Shown here one piece after another: positions 10,672 through 19,616 of a DNA stretch of 64,000 nucleotides. This DNA is from an uncultured delta proteobacterium (GTDB lineage Bacteria > Desulfobacterota > RBG-13-43-22): assembly GCA_963790475.1 (NCBI GenBank), contig CAWBOS010000012.1, positions 736,001-800,000 of the forward strand, given 5' to 3'. Below the pieces are notes generated by a model, which worked only from the letters and a program-made list of their open reading frames with translations, was not told where the DNA came from and ran no database searches. The position numbers and the translations under genes were made by a program. Every line of letters starts with the position of its first letter. Position 1 is the first letter of the stretch.

Positions 10672-10965
10672 TTAAGGCTCGTGAAAAATAGGGGGGCCTA
10701 ATTCCTTTAAAGAGAAATTATTCAGGATACGATGACCGTCATAATCTAATACCCGGAAATCATCCTGCTGATGAAGGTCGCCCATAACTACATTAAAATG
10801 GTTGCCATACTTTTCTTTGACCTGGCCTTCCGACACTTCGTAGGCAATGAACTTTTTGAATCCCTTGGTGTCCAATTTCTGGATGAATTGCGGATTGGTT
10901 AAAGAATCGTACGAAGTCAGGATAATAATGGGACCCGTTCCGGTAAAAAAAATTCCAGCTTTCAT
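10672..10965 (-). CDS. Small conserved-looking cytoplasmic hypothetical protein
   Basis: 97 aa ORF with RBS AAAGGAGG and protein-like composition. Confidence 0.7.
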   Translation of the reverse strand: MKAGIFFTGTGPIIILTSYDSLTNPQFIQKLDTKGFKKFIAYEVSEGQVKEKYGNHFNVVMGDLHQQDDFRVLDYDGHRILNNFSLKELGPPIFHEP

Positions 10966-11198
10966 GTACGTCCTCCTTTCAGCTAATGACGCAAGGTTCC
11001 AAGGTTCGGTTAAATGAAAGTAGCCCCTAGAACATTTTTATATATCCTTATACTACAAAACGGAGAAAAAAGCAATTTGATTGTTATACTTCTGTGCGGA
11101 TAACTAATTAATATTTAATATTAAAAAATGCAATAGTTCAATCCCCGTCTTTTAATGGGTGATCCTTAACTATCTAACTTTATAAGGGAGGGTGGATA

Positions 11199-12248
11199 AT
11201 GGAAACTGGAAATGAGGTGCAGCCGGTTGTGGATGTCAAGGGTAAGGTGATAATTCAAATCGGCTTCGTGGTCCGTGATGCGGTGAAAATGGCCAAACGG
11301 TATTCAGAAATCTTTGGTGTCGGCCCCTGGAACTTCATAGAAGGCAAGGCCAGGGATTTCATCTTGCATGGTAAAACCCTGAGGAATTCAGACTGTGGTC
11401 TCCGGATAGCCCTGGCTGATCTGGGCAAGCTGCAGATAGAGCTTATCCAACCGTTATACGGACCGAGCACCCACATGTCATTCTTAAAGGAACAGGGGGA
11501 AGGAATCCACCATGTAAGTTTCGGGGCGGTAGAAGACCACGATCAGATCGTCTCCAGTCTAACCGCCAGAGGCATAGACATCGAGATGCAGGGTCTGATA
11601 GGAGAGGTCCCAACCTTCACCTACCTGGCCACCCAACAGGCGCTGGGTACCATACTGGAAGTGGTCAACCCCAGCTCCCGGCCCACTGGTCCCCTCCGTC
11701 CCTGGGGGACTTATCAACACCCGGGTGAAGGCGCAATCAATATCAGGGGAAAAGAAATCAAGCAACTGGGGATCGTAGTAAGGGATGCAGAAGAAACAGC
11801 CAGAAACTACTGGGAAATTTTAGGAGTCGGCCCCTGGATGCTCCTCGATTTTAAACCACCCCACCTGACGGATGCCACTCTGCACGGCATTACCCTGCAT
11901 GATTATATGAATCTTCATACCAGGGCAGCCATCGCTCACCTGGGGGACCTGCAGATTGAACTGCTGCAGCCGGTTAAGGGACCAAGCACCTATATGGATT
12001 TCTTAAAAACCAGAGGTCAGGGGATTCATCATCTGAGTTTTGCCCAAATAGAAGACCATGATGATATGATCTCAGGATTCAACAGGATGGGCATTGAGAC
12101 AGAATCCTCCGGTCTCCTCGGCGGCGCCATTACCTTTACCTATCTGGCTACCCAAAAGGACCTGGGGACGATCTTTGAAGCCTTGAAAATCGATTCCAGC
12201 AAAAGAAATGCACTGACCGCCTATGGGACCTATCCGCCAGCCGAGTGA
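11199..12248 (+). CDS. Tandem two-domain VOC/glyoxalase (methylmalonyl-CoA epimerase-like) protein
   Basis: Two similar halves (QIGFVVRD...IELIQP...GIHHVSF and QLGIVVRD...IELLQP...GIHHLSF); RBS GGAGG. Confidence 0.85.
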   Translation: METGNEVQPVVDVKGKVIIQIGFVVRDAVKMAKRYSEIFGVGPWNFIEGKARDFILHGKTLRNSDCGLRIALADLGKLQIELIQPLYGPSTHMSFLKEQGEGIHHVSFGAVEDHDQIVSSLTARGIDIEMQGLIGEVPTFTYLATQQALGTILEVVNPSSRPTGPLRPWGTYQHPGEGAINIRGKEIKQLGIVVRDAEETARNYWEILGVGPWMLLDFKPPHLTDATLHGITLHDYMNLHTRAAIAHLGDLQIELLQPVKGPSTYMDFLKTRGQGIHHLSFAQIEDHDDMISGFNRMGIETESSGLLGGAITFTYLATQKDLGTIFEALKIDSSKRNALTAYGTYPPAE

Positions 12249-12393
12249 AAGAATGGCAGATGTTTTTATTTACCGGAAGAGTCGCGGATCATCTGCCGAC
12301 CCAGGTCAAGAGGATTGAAATGACGGGTTGGAGATCCACCTATTGAGGGAGACTTTGAAAGGGGCTTGGTATCTTAACAGGAACCAGAACTGT

Positions 12394-14349
12394 TCAAGAA
12401 TGATTTGGGGCCGATAGATCCGTCCGCAACGTAGGCATTCCCGATTCGACCAGCTTTAGTTTGGGTTCTTGCTCGATGACCGCATAGAGCTCGTGTATGA
12501 CGCGGTCGTCGATCTCTGCCGCATTCTGCAGCGCAACCGGAAAGTGTACCGTCACCTCAATCCCTGAGGCGGTGAAGTGAAGACTTGTCTTTGGCATTAC
12601 TTCAATGGCGTGGATTGAACTAAGTGTCTGTTCCATATGGCGCATTTGCCGTTCTATCTCCGGGCGATGGTCCTTTAATGCAGTATCCATCGCGGTTGCG
12701 ATCCGTTCTTGAATCATACGGTAATCGCTCTCGGGCGAAAACTTGAGGCTGACCTCATGCCAGGCGAAGCTGGCACCCGGGATTTGTTTGAAGATACCGG
12801 AGGTGGGCTGAAACACAACGGAGTTCGCAAAAGCCACCACCCGGCCGCTGGGTTGGGCATCCGTTCCGCCGCTCCCGAGTTCGAGCAGATGGAGTCGGAC
12901 GAGTCCTATGTCGACTACTTCTCCGGTTACACCCGAAATCTGCACCCGGTCTCCAACTCGAATTCCGTATTTCCCGATCAGGAAGAAATAGCCGGCGATT
13001 GACAAGATCACGCTCTGCATCGCCACTGCTACTCCGGCGGTGAGGAGACCCGCGAAGGTGGCTACGGATCCCAATTCGGTAGTGAAGGTGAAGGCGATGA
13101 TCGCGCCGACCGCGATCCAGATCATAATTTTCCCCATTAAGATGAATTGATAACGGCGGCGGGTCTCATGTATATAATACAAGATGGCCCTGCGCCAGGC
13201 CTCTCCGGCCGCGAAAACCAGGGCAATGATGATGATCAGAACAGCCAGCCGCACCAGAAAGCTTCGCATCTTATCGCTGTATTCTTTGTGCACAGCGTTA
13301 CGCCAGTTTTCGAGTGTCCGTTTATAAAGATTGAGCAAGATGCCTTGTTTATTGAGCGGCAAAAGCCCGGCTGAGCTCTGCTTGAACTGAGCCGTGAGCG
13401 TATCCAGTTGGTTTTTCTGTTGCGTGAGGGCAACGGGATCCTGGGATGGCGGCTGGCTTGCGAGCTGATCTCCGCTCTGGATAAAACGTCTGAGGTTAGC
13501 CAACAGAGGTTCTCGTAATTTTTTTGCCACTTGCATGAGTTGATCGGTGGATCGGATCTGTTGGTCAAGTGTGTGTTTTTTGCCCGATAACTGCAGCAGG
13601 TCGGCGATGAGCCCCCATATCCCGGAGGGTTGTTGTGGGTTCGTGGATGGGGATGTTCTTCCAGAAATCCTTCCGGTAGCATTTTGCTCGGGAGAAGTGC
13701 CCTCCACAGCGCTCAGGACGTCAGGGACCAGACGCGCCAGCTCTTCGATCTGGGCCCGCAATCCGGCGGCCCCCAGGTCATGAGCGCTGGTTTCCGCGGT
13801 GAACTGAAGGATGTTATGCAGGGCATCGCGACGAGCCTGGCGAAAGGCCAGCTCGCTTTGTGTCTCCGCGATTAGAGACTGCAGAGCAGAGCGCTTTTTC
13901 TGCGGAGCGGTCTCCAGTTGTTTTTGAAGCGATTGCAGTTCGTTTTGCGTGCGCTCAACCTGTTGATCGGCATTGGCTACTGCCTGGATCAATCGTTGAT
14001 TTTGTGAAAGCGTATTCGCCTGATCCGGTGTCTGGTTGGCCTTGGGCTGTTTGGATTCGCTCTGTTCTTCCTGACGTGCGAAGTCAAAGGCCAGCCGCAC
14101 GATCTGTCTGGAAATACGGCGATTATCTTCCTGAAAAGTAACATCGCCCGGCCCGTTGGCAATCTGCTGCTCGACCACCGTTCCCCGATACCAGTTGATC
14201 GTTTCCGTCAAATAGGTAAGGATGTCGGGGGCCCTGGAGGCACTTTCGGGCGGATTTTGTGAGAAAGTCAGACCGCTACCCAGACAGGCGCCGAGAACAG
14301 TTAAGATACTGACGATCCTTCGGACGGTCCGTTGACGCGTGAAAGTCAT
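12394..14349 (-). CDS. MscS-family mechanosensitive channel with large periplasmic coiled-coil region
   Basis: N-terminal signal, Gln-rich helical region, three TM segments, IRVGDRVQI...GEVVDIG MscS motif. Confidence 0.85.
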   Translation of the reverse strand: MTFTRQRTVRRIVSILTVLGACLGSGLTFSQNPPESASRAPDILTYLTETINWYRGTVVEQQIANGPGDVTFQEDNRRISRQIVRLAFDFARQEEQSESKQPKANQTPDQANTLSQNQRLIQAVANADQQVERTQNELQSLQKQLETAPQKKRSALQSLIAETQSELAFRQARRDALHNILQFTAETSAHDLGAAGLRAQIEELARLVPDVLSAVEGTSPEQNATGRISGRTSPSTNPQQPSGIWGLIADLLQLSGKKHTLDQQIRSTDQLMQVAKKLREPLLANLRRFIQSGDQLASQPPSQDPVALTQQKNQLDTLTAQFKQSSAGLLPLNKQGILLNLYKRTLENWRNAVHKEYSDKMRSFLVRLAVLIIIIALVFAAGEAWRRAILYYIHETRRRYQFILMGKIMIWIAVGAIIAFTFTTELGSVATFAGLLTAGVAVAMQSVILSIAGYFFLIGKYGIRVGDRVQISGVTGEVVDIGLVRLHLLELGSGGTDAQPSGRVVAFANSVVFQPTSGIFKQIPGASFAWHEVSLKFSPESDYRMIQERIATAMDTALKDHRPEIERQMRHMEQTLSSIHAIEVMPKTSLHFTASGIEVTVHFPVALQNAAEIDDRVIHELYAVIEQEPKLKLVESGMPTLRTDLSAPNHS

Positions 14350-14812
14350 AAAGCACTCGAAGAGTCTTCAAGATTTTGGTTTTTAAGACTTAAGGCAGAG
14401 GGACTACAGGAAGCCCTTAAGAACCTGCCGGTAAAACGCGGGCTTTTTCACCCGAGATTCCCCTTCTCCCAGGGCACCGTAAGACTGCTATCAAATCTTG
14501 TATTTAATTCTATCATAAATTTAAGACCCTTGGGAAGAAATAGGGTGTACTCTGTATTTTCAGGGAAGAAACACATTATTTTATGTTGAAATGTCCTCAG
14601 TAGCGGCGGTGGGAAGAGAGGTCTGTTCAAAATTCGAGTCTTGAAACGGGAATGCTCCCCCTTCCAGCCATTCGAACACCGTCCGGAGATGTGCTCCGGG
14701 CTACCTTCCAACCGATTCCTCCAGCTTTCGCTGCCCACGTAGACGTACAGCCGCCTGAATGCGGGATTCGGGTTGGTTGTCGGCTGGTGAGACTTGAGTG
14801 TGGGGGAGCTAA

Positions 14813-15115
14813 CAGGCGCGGCCTGGCCGAGCGTACCCGTTGGGAGCTAATTTCGATGGGTCCGGGACGAACTTCTCATTATTCTCGGAGAAGGCAACGG
14901 CCGTGGAGCTGATCCTGTTTAAAAACAGGGAGGATCACCTGCCAGCCAAGGTCATACCGTTCACGGCGCGTCACGGGTATAGCTGGCACGTCTATCTGCC
15001 CGGAGTCGGTCCCCGGCAGCTTTATGCCTTCAGGGTACACGGCCCGTTTGAGCCTGAGAAGGGTTTCCGTTTCAACGGCGCCAAAACGCTCATCGATCCC
15101 TATGCCAGGGCCATA
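14813..15115 (+). pseudogene. glgX: Fragment of glycogen debranching enzyme GlgX (N-terminal CBM48 region only)
   Basis: Translates PGRAYPLGANFDGSGTNFSLFSE...WHVYLPGVGPRQLYAFRVHGP...LIDPYARAI. Bounded upstream by a TAA at 14810 and downstream by unrelated sequence. Confidence 0.85.
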
Positions 15116-15454
15116 GTGTCTCCCGATCTTGCAAGAGAATTCTGGCAGAAGCGTACCAAAGTATCGAACTTTTTAAAACACGCGGATCGTGACGCAAAAT
15201 TTCACATCTCACTTGAAGAAGTAGATACTGTAGACCTATTGATACTGGCGCTTGGCTCATACGATGATCTCTTGAAGGATGACCTTGGGGCCGAAGGAAT
15301 CGTTTTTTGGCTTTACTATTGTGTTGATTCGGGAATAAAAGAAGTATTGCCCCCAAAGCTTCAAGCTATTGCAGCAGAACTGAAAGAACTTGATTGTGAA
15401 GGCAGGCTTAATTTGTGTTCAAAACTATTACACAAGGTGAATGAAAGGGCCTGA
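15116..15454 (+). pseudogene. 3' part of an unrelated AT-richer hypothetical gene fused in frame to the glgX fragment
   Basis: Abrupt compositional change after DPYARAI; contains SNFLKHADRD; followed by an attC-like site. Confidence 0.55.
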
Positions 15455-15494
15455 TCCATTTCGCAGCATAATTCATATCATTTGAGATACGGAA

Positions 15495-15551
15495 TGATGC
15501 CACGGCTTGCAGCGGATCGCATACCGCTCCCGCTGAAGCCTATATTAGAGC
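15495..15551 (+). repeat. Degenerate attC-like recombination site
   Basis: GGCTT-G-CAGCGG...CCGCTG-AAGCC imperfect hairpin with one extra base in the left arm, ending in ATTAGAG (GTTRRRY-like). Abuts the 3' end of the molybdoenzyme gene. Confidence 0.5.
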
Positions 15552-15557
15552 CGTCGG

Positions 15558-16414
15558 TGTTATCTACTGCGCTCTTCCTTCCAGGGATCGGCTGAATTGC
15601 TGTAACCATTACTCTCCCAGTATCCCGGCTCATCTTTGGCTGTAAATTTAATTTCTTCCAGCCACTTGGCGCTTTTGTAAAAGTAGCGGTCGGGTACAAG
15701 TGACCGCACAGGGCCTCCGTCCTCCTTCGGAATCTTCTGACCAAAGAAACTATGGGCGAGAATAACATTTTCCTTGCCTGCCTCTGTTATGGGGATGTTG
15801 GTGGTATAACCGGCGGCGGCCTTAAAGATAACAAAATTGGCCTCTTTCCTTAGTTTAGCCAGATGCATTATGGTGCTCAGGCGGACCCCGCTCCACCGGG
15901 AATCCAACAGAGTCCAGCCCGTAACGCAATGCACATCACAGGTTAATTGAACCTGCTCAAGTGCCAGCAGATCCTTGTAAGAAAGGACTAGTGATTTTTC
16001 CACCTCACCTTTCACCTGGAGCGTAAAGTTGTCCGCCGTGGCCGTTCCGGGACTACCGCCCATATTAAGAATCTTTTTTATCGCATCCTGACCCGGGGGG
16101 ATACGCAGCTTGCCGTCTGGCCTGGTTTGGGCGGCAAGGGCCTGTTGTTCAAAATCAAAGAGTTTCACAAAAGTCCCCGGCAGACCAATACTGACCATCG
16201 TGTCGCCTGCTGCTGCCAGGAAGGTGCGTCGGGAGATATGGGTGTTTTTTCTCATGGCTCTCATTCCTAACCTTTATTTGTATTCAATCTAATTACTCCA
16301 GCCAGGCTTTTCAAGATGGGAAGGTAGGCTTCTATGGGAGTAAATGAGACGAGGGCATGGTTACAGGGGATGAGGTGATCCCGATTTTCCTTTTGACGAA
16401 GTCCTCGGGAACCG
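15558..16414 (-). repeat. ~860 bp inverted repeat (gene plus ~150 bp upstream) shared with 58489..59343
   Basis: Direct comparison: proteins differ at about 21 of 234 residues by manual count; the upstream regions also align. Confidence 0.95.
15560..16264 (-). CDS. Tat-exported molybdopterin-dependent oxidoreductase (sulfite oxidase/MsrP-like), copy 1
   Basis: SRRTFL Tat motif, DVHCVTGW Mo-ligand motif, [19 protein letters not shown] motif changed to DGGP. Confidence 0.9.
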   Translation of the reverse strand: MRAMRKNTHISRRTFLAAAGDTMVSIGLPGTFVKLFDFEQQALAAQTRPDGKLRIPPGQDAIKKILNMGGSPGTATADNFTLQVKGEVEKSLVLSYKDLLALEQVQLTCDVHCVTGWTLLDSRWSGVRLSTIMHLAKLRKEANFVIFKAAAGYTTNIPITEAGKENVILAHSFFGQKIPKEDGGPVRSLVPDRYFYKSAKWLEEIKFTAKDEPGYWESNGYSNSADPWKEERSR

Positions 16415-16516
16415 TTACTATTGAAAACGTACTATTGAATCCAGCCGATAGGGGGATTCCCCCCTACAATAACTCGAGGTCTGGGGTCACGTCCAAGTCA
16501 TTCAAGGGAGAAAAAA

Positions 16517-17698
16517 TTGAACAAAGAAGAAAAGCGCATCATCACCTTGACCACAGCCTCTCATGCCCTGGTCCATCTTTTCGAAGGTGTCCTCCCCCCC
16601 TTGATCCCTCTGCTCATGCTGGAGTTCGGCACTGATTATTTCCATATGGGGCTGGTGGTGACGGTATTCTCTTATGCCTTCGGTATCGGCTCGTTACCGG
16701 CCGGCTATCTGGCGGATAAAATCGGTCCCAGACGTTTAATCACGCTCTTCCTTTTCGGGGCAGGTATCCTGGCCATGGGAGTTTGGTCGATGAATTCCCT
16801 GGTCAACTATGGCCTTCTCATGGGGGGAATCGGTTTTTTTTGCAGCACCTATCACCCGGCCTCGAACACCCTCATCTCCCTGGGCATCCGGGAGAAAGGG
16901 AGGGCCTTCGGCATCCATGGAATTGCCGGAAGTTTGGGGGTCGCCGCGGTCCCGGTGCTCTCCGCCTGGATCGGGTCCGCCTTGGGTTGGAGGATGCCCC
17001 ATGTCCTGTATGGGATTTTCGGAATTCTTGTCGGGTTCTATTCTCTTACCATTCCCACTCGACCGGAAGTCAGGCAAGAGGGAGCCGCTCCATTGGAAAG
17101 CGACGCCTCCTTGATCTTTTCCTATTTTAATCTAATCATCTTTTTTCTCTCGGCCATGGCCCTGGGGTTGACTTACAAAGGCATCATGACCTTCCTTCCG
17201 GCCTATATGGGAGAAAGTATTCATTTCGGGGGACTCCAACTGGGCAAGGTGGCCCTGGGGGGGACAGTAGCCACCATCGCCCTCCTGTCCGGTGCCCTGG
17301 GCCAATATGTTGCCGGACGAGGTGTGGATCGTTTTCAGGCCGAACGGCTCTATCTCGGGGCGATCCTCCTGGGAACGGTCTTTGTAATTCTGATGGCTGT
17401 TTCCGAAAACCTGATCTTGGTATTGTCAGCCGTTATGTACGCATTTTTCTATTTTGCCACCCAGCCCATCCAGAATTACCTGTTGTCAACCTACCTCCCA
17501 AAGAACCGGCATGGCCTGGGATATGGCATTCATTTTTGCATCACTTTCGGGATCGGATCGACCGCGGCTGCGGCCTCCGGCTATCTCGCGGATCACTATG
17601 GGCTGCGTTCGGTCTTTTATGCCATGGCCGTTTGTTTCCTTTTTTCCGCTGCTATGGCCTTCGCCCTGTTTATCCGGGTGAATAGAAGGCAGCATTAG
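16517..17698 (+). CDS. MFS transporter (Fsr-like)
   Basis: About 12 hydrophobic segments, GYLADKIGPRR motif A, YHP motif. Confidence 0.9.
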   Translation: MNKEEKRIITLTTASHALVHLFEGVLPPLIPLLMLEFGTDYFHMGLVVTVFSYAFGIGSLPAGYLADKIGPRRLITLFLFGAGILAMGVWSMNSLVNYGLLMGGIGFFCSTYHPASNTLISLGIREKGRAFGIHGIAGSLGVAAVPVLSAWIGSALGWRMPHVLYGIFGILVGFYSLTIPTRPEVRQEGAAPLESDASLIFSYFNLIIFFLSAMALGLTYKGIMTFLPAYMGESIHFGGLQLGKVALGGTVATIALLSGALGQYVAGRGVDRFQAERLYLGAILLGTVFVILMAVSENLILVLSAVMYAFFYFATQPIQNYLLSTYLPKNRHGLGYGIHFCITFGIGSTAAAASGYLADHYGLRSVFYAMAVCFLFSAAMAFALFIRVNRRQH

Positions 17699-17732
17699 AT
17701 AGGAAAATCACAATGAAAAATAGGAGAGGGTT

Positions 17733-18272
17733 ATGAAAATGGGAATAGGACTGTTCATTGGAGTTTTAATTATTCTCCTGGGCTTGGGAATCATCGTCAA
17801 TGTCATTTTCCACATTCACATTCCGATATTTAAAATTCTTTTCGGATTGGTTCTCATATTCATAGGCCTGAAAATCATCTTTGGCAGTTGGATTTCTTTC
17901 CCCTCTGGTCAGGGGAAATCGGGCAATGCGATATTTCAAGAAGGGACTTACCGAGGCCTTCCCCGAGATTCAAAAGAGTATAATGCCGTATTCGGGAAGG
18001 CAGTGGTTGATCTGCGAGGTATTGAACTTAAGGATAAAATTACTCGAATAAAGATCAGTGCCGTTTTTGGCGGCGCGGAGGTCCTTTTAAGTGAAGCAAC
18101 ACCGGTGCGCATTAAGGCCGATGCGGTTTTTGGCGGTGTCCATTTACCGGAGAATATCTCCGGTGGGTTTGGAACCTCCACCTATCAGAGCAAAAAATTC
18201 GATGAAAGCCAGAATTATTTGGTTATTGAAGGGACCAGTGTGTTTGGCGGGATTGTGATCCGTTATCAATAA
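17733..18272 (+). CDS. LiaF-like membrane protein (cell-envelope stress domain)
   Basis: Two N-terminal TM helices followed by repeated AVFG(G) beta motifs. Confidence 0.7.
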   Translation: MKMGIGLFIGVLIILLGLGIIVNVIFHIHIPIFKILFGLVLIFIGLKIIFGSWISFPSGQGKSGNAIFQEGTYRGLPRDSKEYNAVFGKAVVDLRGIELKDKITRIKISAVFGGAEVLLSEATPVRIKADAVFGGVHLPENISGGFGTSTYQSKKFDESQNYLVIEGTSVFGGIVIRYQ

Positions 18273-18375
18273 AACCTGACAGAAAGGAACCGGGTTAACC
18301 GTTTTTATCTACCGATTTTATTTTTGGCAACGGGGAGTTTTTTAAATCATTCTTGGCCAGGATTAACCGGCCTTA

Positions 18376-18606
18376 TCAGTCTCCTGTTCGGGTCAAGGCC
18401 AGGGCTTCGCGCAGAATTTTGAGACTTTCCATGGCCGCTTCTTCATCGATTTTATGTAAGGCAAAACCGGCATGGACGATGACATAATCCCCCACTTTGG
18501 CCTCATCCAACAGAAGGAGACTGACCTTCCTGATGACCCCATCGACATCGATGATGCCGAGTCCCTCTTTAATTTCCACAATCTTTGACGGTATGGCCAG
18601 ACACAT
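18376..18606 (-). CDS. hypC: Hydrogenase maturation chaperone HypC
   Basis: MCLAIP N-terminus and VGDYVIVHAGFA. Confidence 0.95.
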   Translation of the reverse strand: MCLAIPSKIVEIKEGLGIIDVDGVIRKVSLLLLDEAKVGDYVIVHAGFALHKIDEEAAMESLKILREALALTRTGD

Positions 18607-19099
18607 AATCAGTACTCCTAAGGTGGTAAGGCGCTCCCAGGCGGGTAATTTCCGTCAGGACCCTTTCGATCATCGAATCCACTTTTGTCTGGATTAGAGG
18701 CGTAAGTTCGGTACTGAGCGTTTCAATGTCCTGGGGCTCCACGCCTAAAATGACCGTTTGAGGAACTTTATCAAGGGCCTGGCACAATGTCAAGGCTTCC
18801 AGAAAGTCCACTTGATGGAGGGAGTTTTTAGCCCTGATTCGAGCCGGTATCTCCTCCCCTTCCAATCGAATAAATGTACCGGGGCGGCATTTATTTCTGA
18901 CGATATCGATGACGATGAGATAATCCGCCTCGGATAGGAACCCTAGTAGATTCATTCCCAGCACACCCCCATCGATAATTGAGACGTTGTCTGAAAAGGC
19001 ATAGAGGTCCTGTATTCTTTCAATAACCCGCACCCCGAATCCCTCATCCCTGAAAAGGATATTACCGATGCCTAAGATCACGATCAAGGGTGAATCCAT
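18569..19099 (-). CDS. HyaD/HybD-family hydrogenase maturation protease
   Basis: ILGIGNILFRDEGFG, IDGG and SLHQ motifs. Start set at ATG 19099 (RBS AAGGA) rather than 19204. Confidence 0.9.
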   Translation of the reverse strand: MDSPLIVILGIGNILFRDEGFGVRVIERIQDLYAFSDNVSIIDGGVLGMNLLGFLSEADYLIVIDIVRNKCRPGTFIRLEGEEIPARIRAKNSLHQVDFLEALTLCQALDKVPQTVILGVEPQDIETLSTELTPLIQTKVDSMIERVLTEITRLGAPYHLRSTDYVSGHTVKDCGN

Positions 19100-19120
19100 T
19101 AGTCCTTGCTTTGAATGAAA

Positions 19121-19146
19121 GGAGCGGGTTTCAAACCCGCCCCTAC
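19121..19146 (-). repeat. GTAG-type REP palindrome
   Basis: Minus strand reads GTAGGGGCGGGTTTGAAACCCGCTCC. Confidence 0.6.
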
Positions 19147-19200
19147 AAAACCCCATCAGATTTGATGAATATGCATTATTGACAAACCCGTAAGAAGTCG

Positions 19201-19476
19201 TCACCCCTGATAGCTCGCTCCAGGAAAGTTCTTTCGAAGATAATGGACCAGTTTGTCTGCTTCTGGAGGTTGGGTAAAAGTCTTATGCTCGCACTGTTTA
19301 GAAAAAATGCTCACGCTCCAACTCTTCTTGTGGACATCCAGTCCCACGTAAATCGATTGACCCGAAAAATCCAATTTGTTAATCTGTACCACGGCAAGTC
19401 TCCTTTCGGTTTGTTTTTTTACCCTAAAAAAAGTATATCCGAAAGCTTCGAGACTTGCCTTTCTTTTTCAATCATA
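19201..19476 (-). mobile_element. IS110-family remnant: left end plus the first 63 codons of the transposase
   Basis: IYVGLDVHKKSWSV is the first-Asp motif of DEDD transposases. An upstream inverted repeat GGCAAGTCTC/GAGACTTGCC covers the RBS. Truncated. Confidence 0.75.
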
Positions 19477-19479
19477 AGG

Positions 19480-19558
19480 TCCGGTGAAAACCGGTCCCGC
19501 CTAGGCGGGATGGATTCCGGCTGGAGTCTATCCGCACTTAATGCAGGACCGGAATGAC
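19480..19558. repeat. REP-like palindromic element (GTCA..CCGG....CCGGAATGAC family), interrupted by the IS remnant
   Basis: TCCGGTGAAAACCGG...TGGATTCCGG...CCGGAATGAC; related copies at 62065 and 63180. Confidence 0.6.
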
Positions 19559-19616
19559 AAAAATGAGCATTCGGTGATTTTTCGCCGAACTCTGAACTCC
19601 GAACTTTCTTTTCTTC

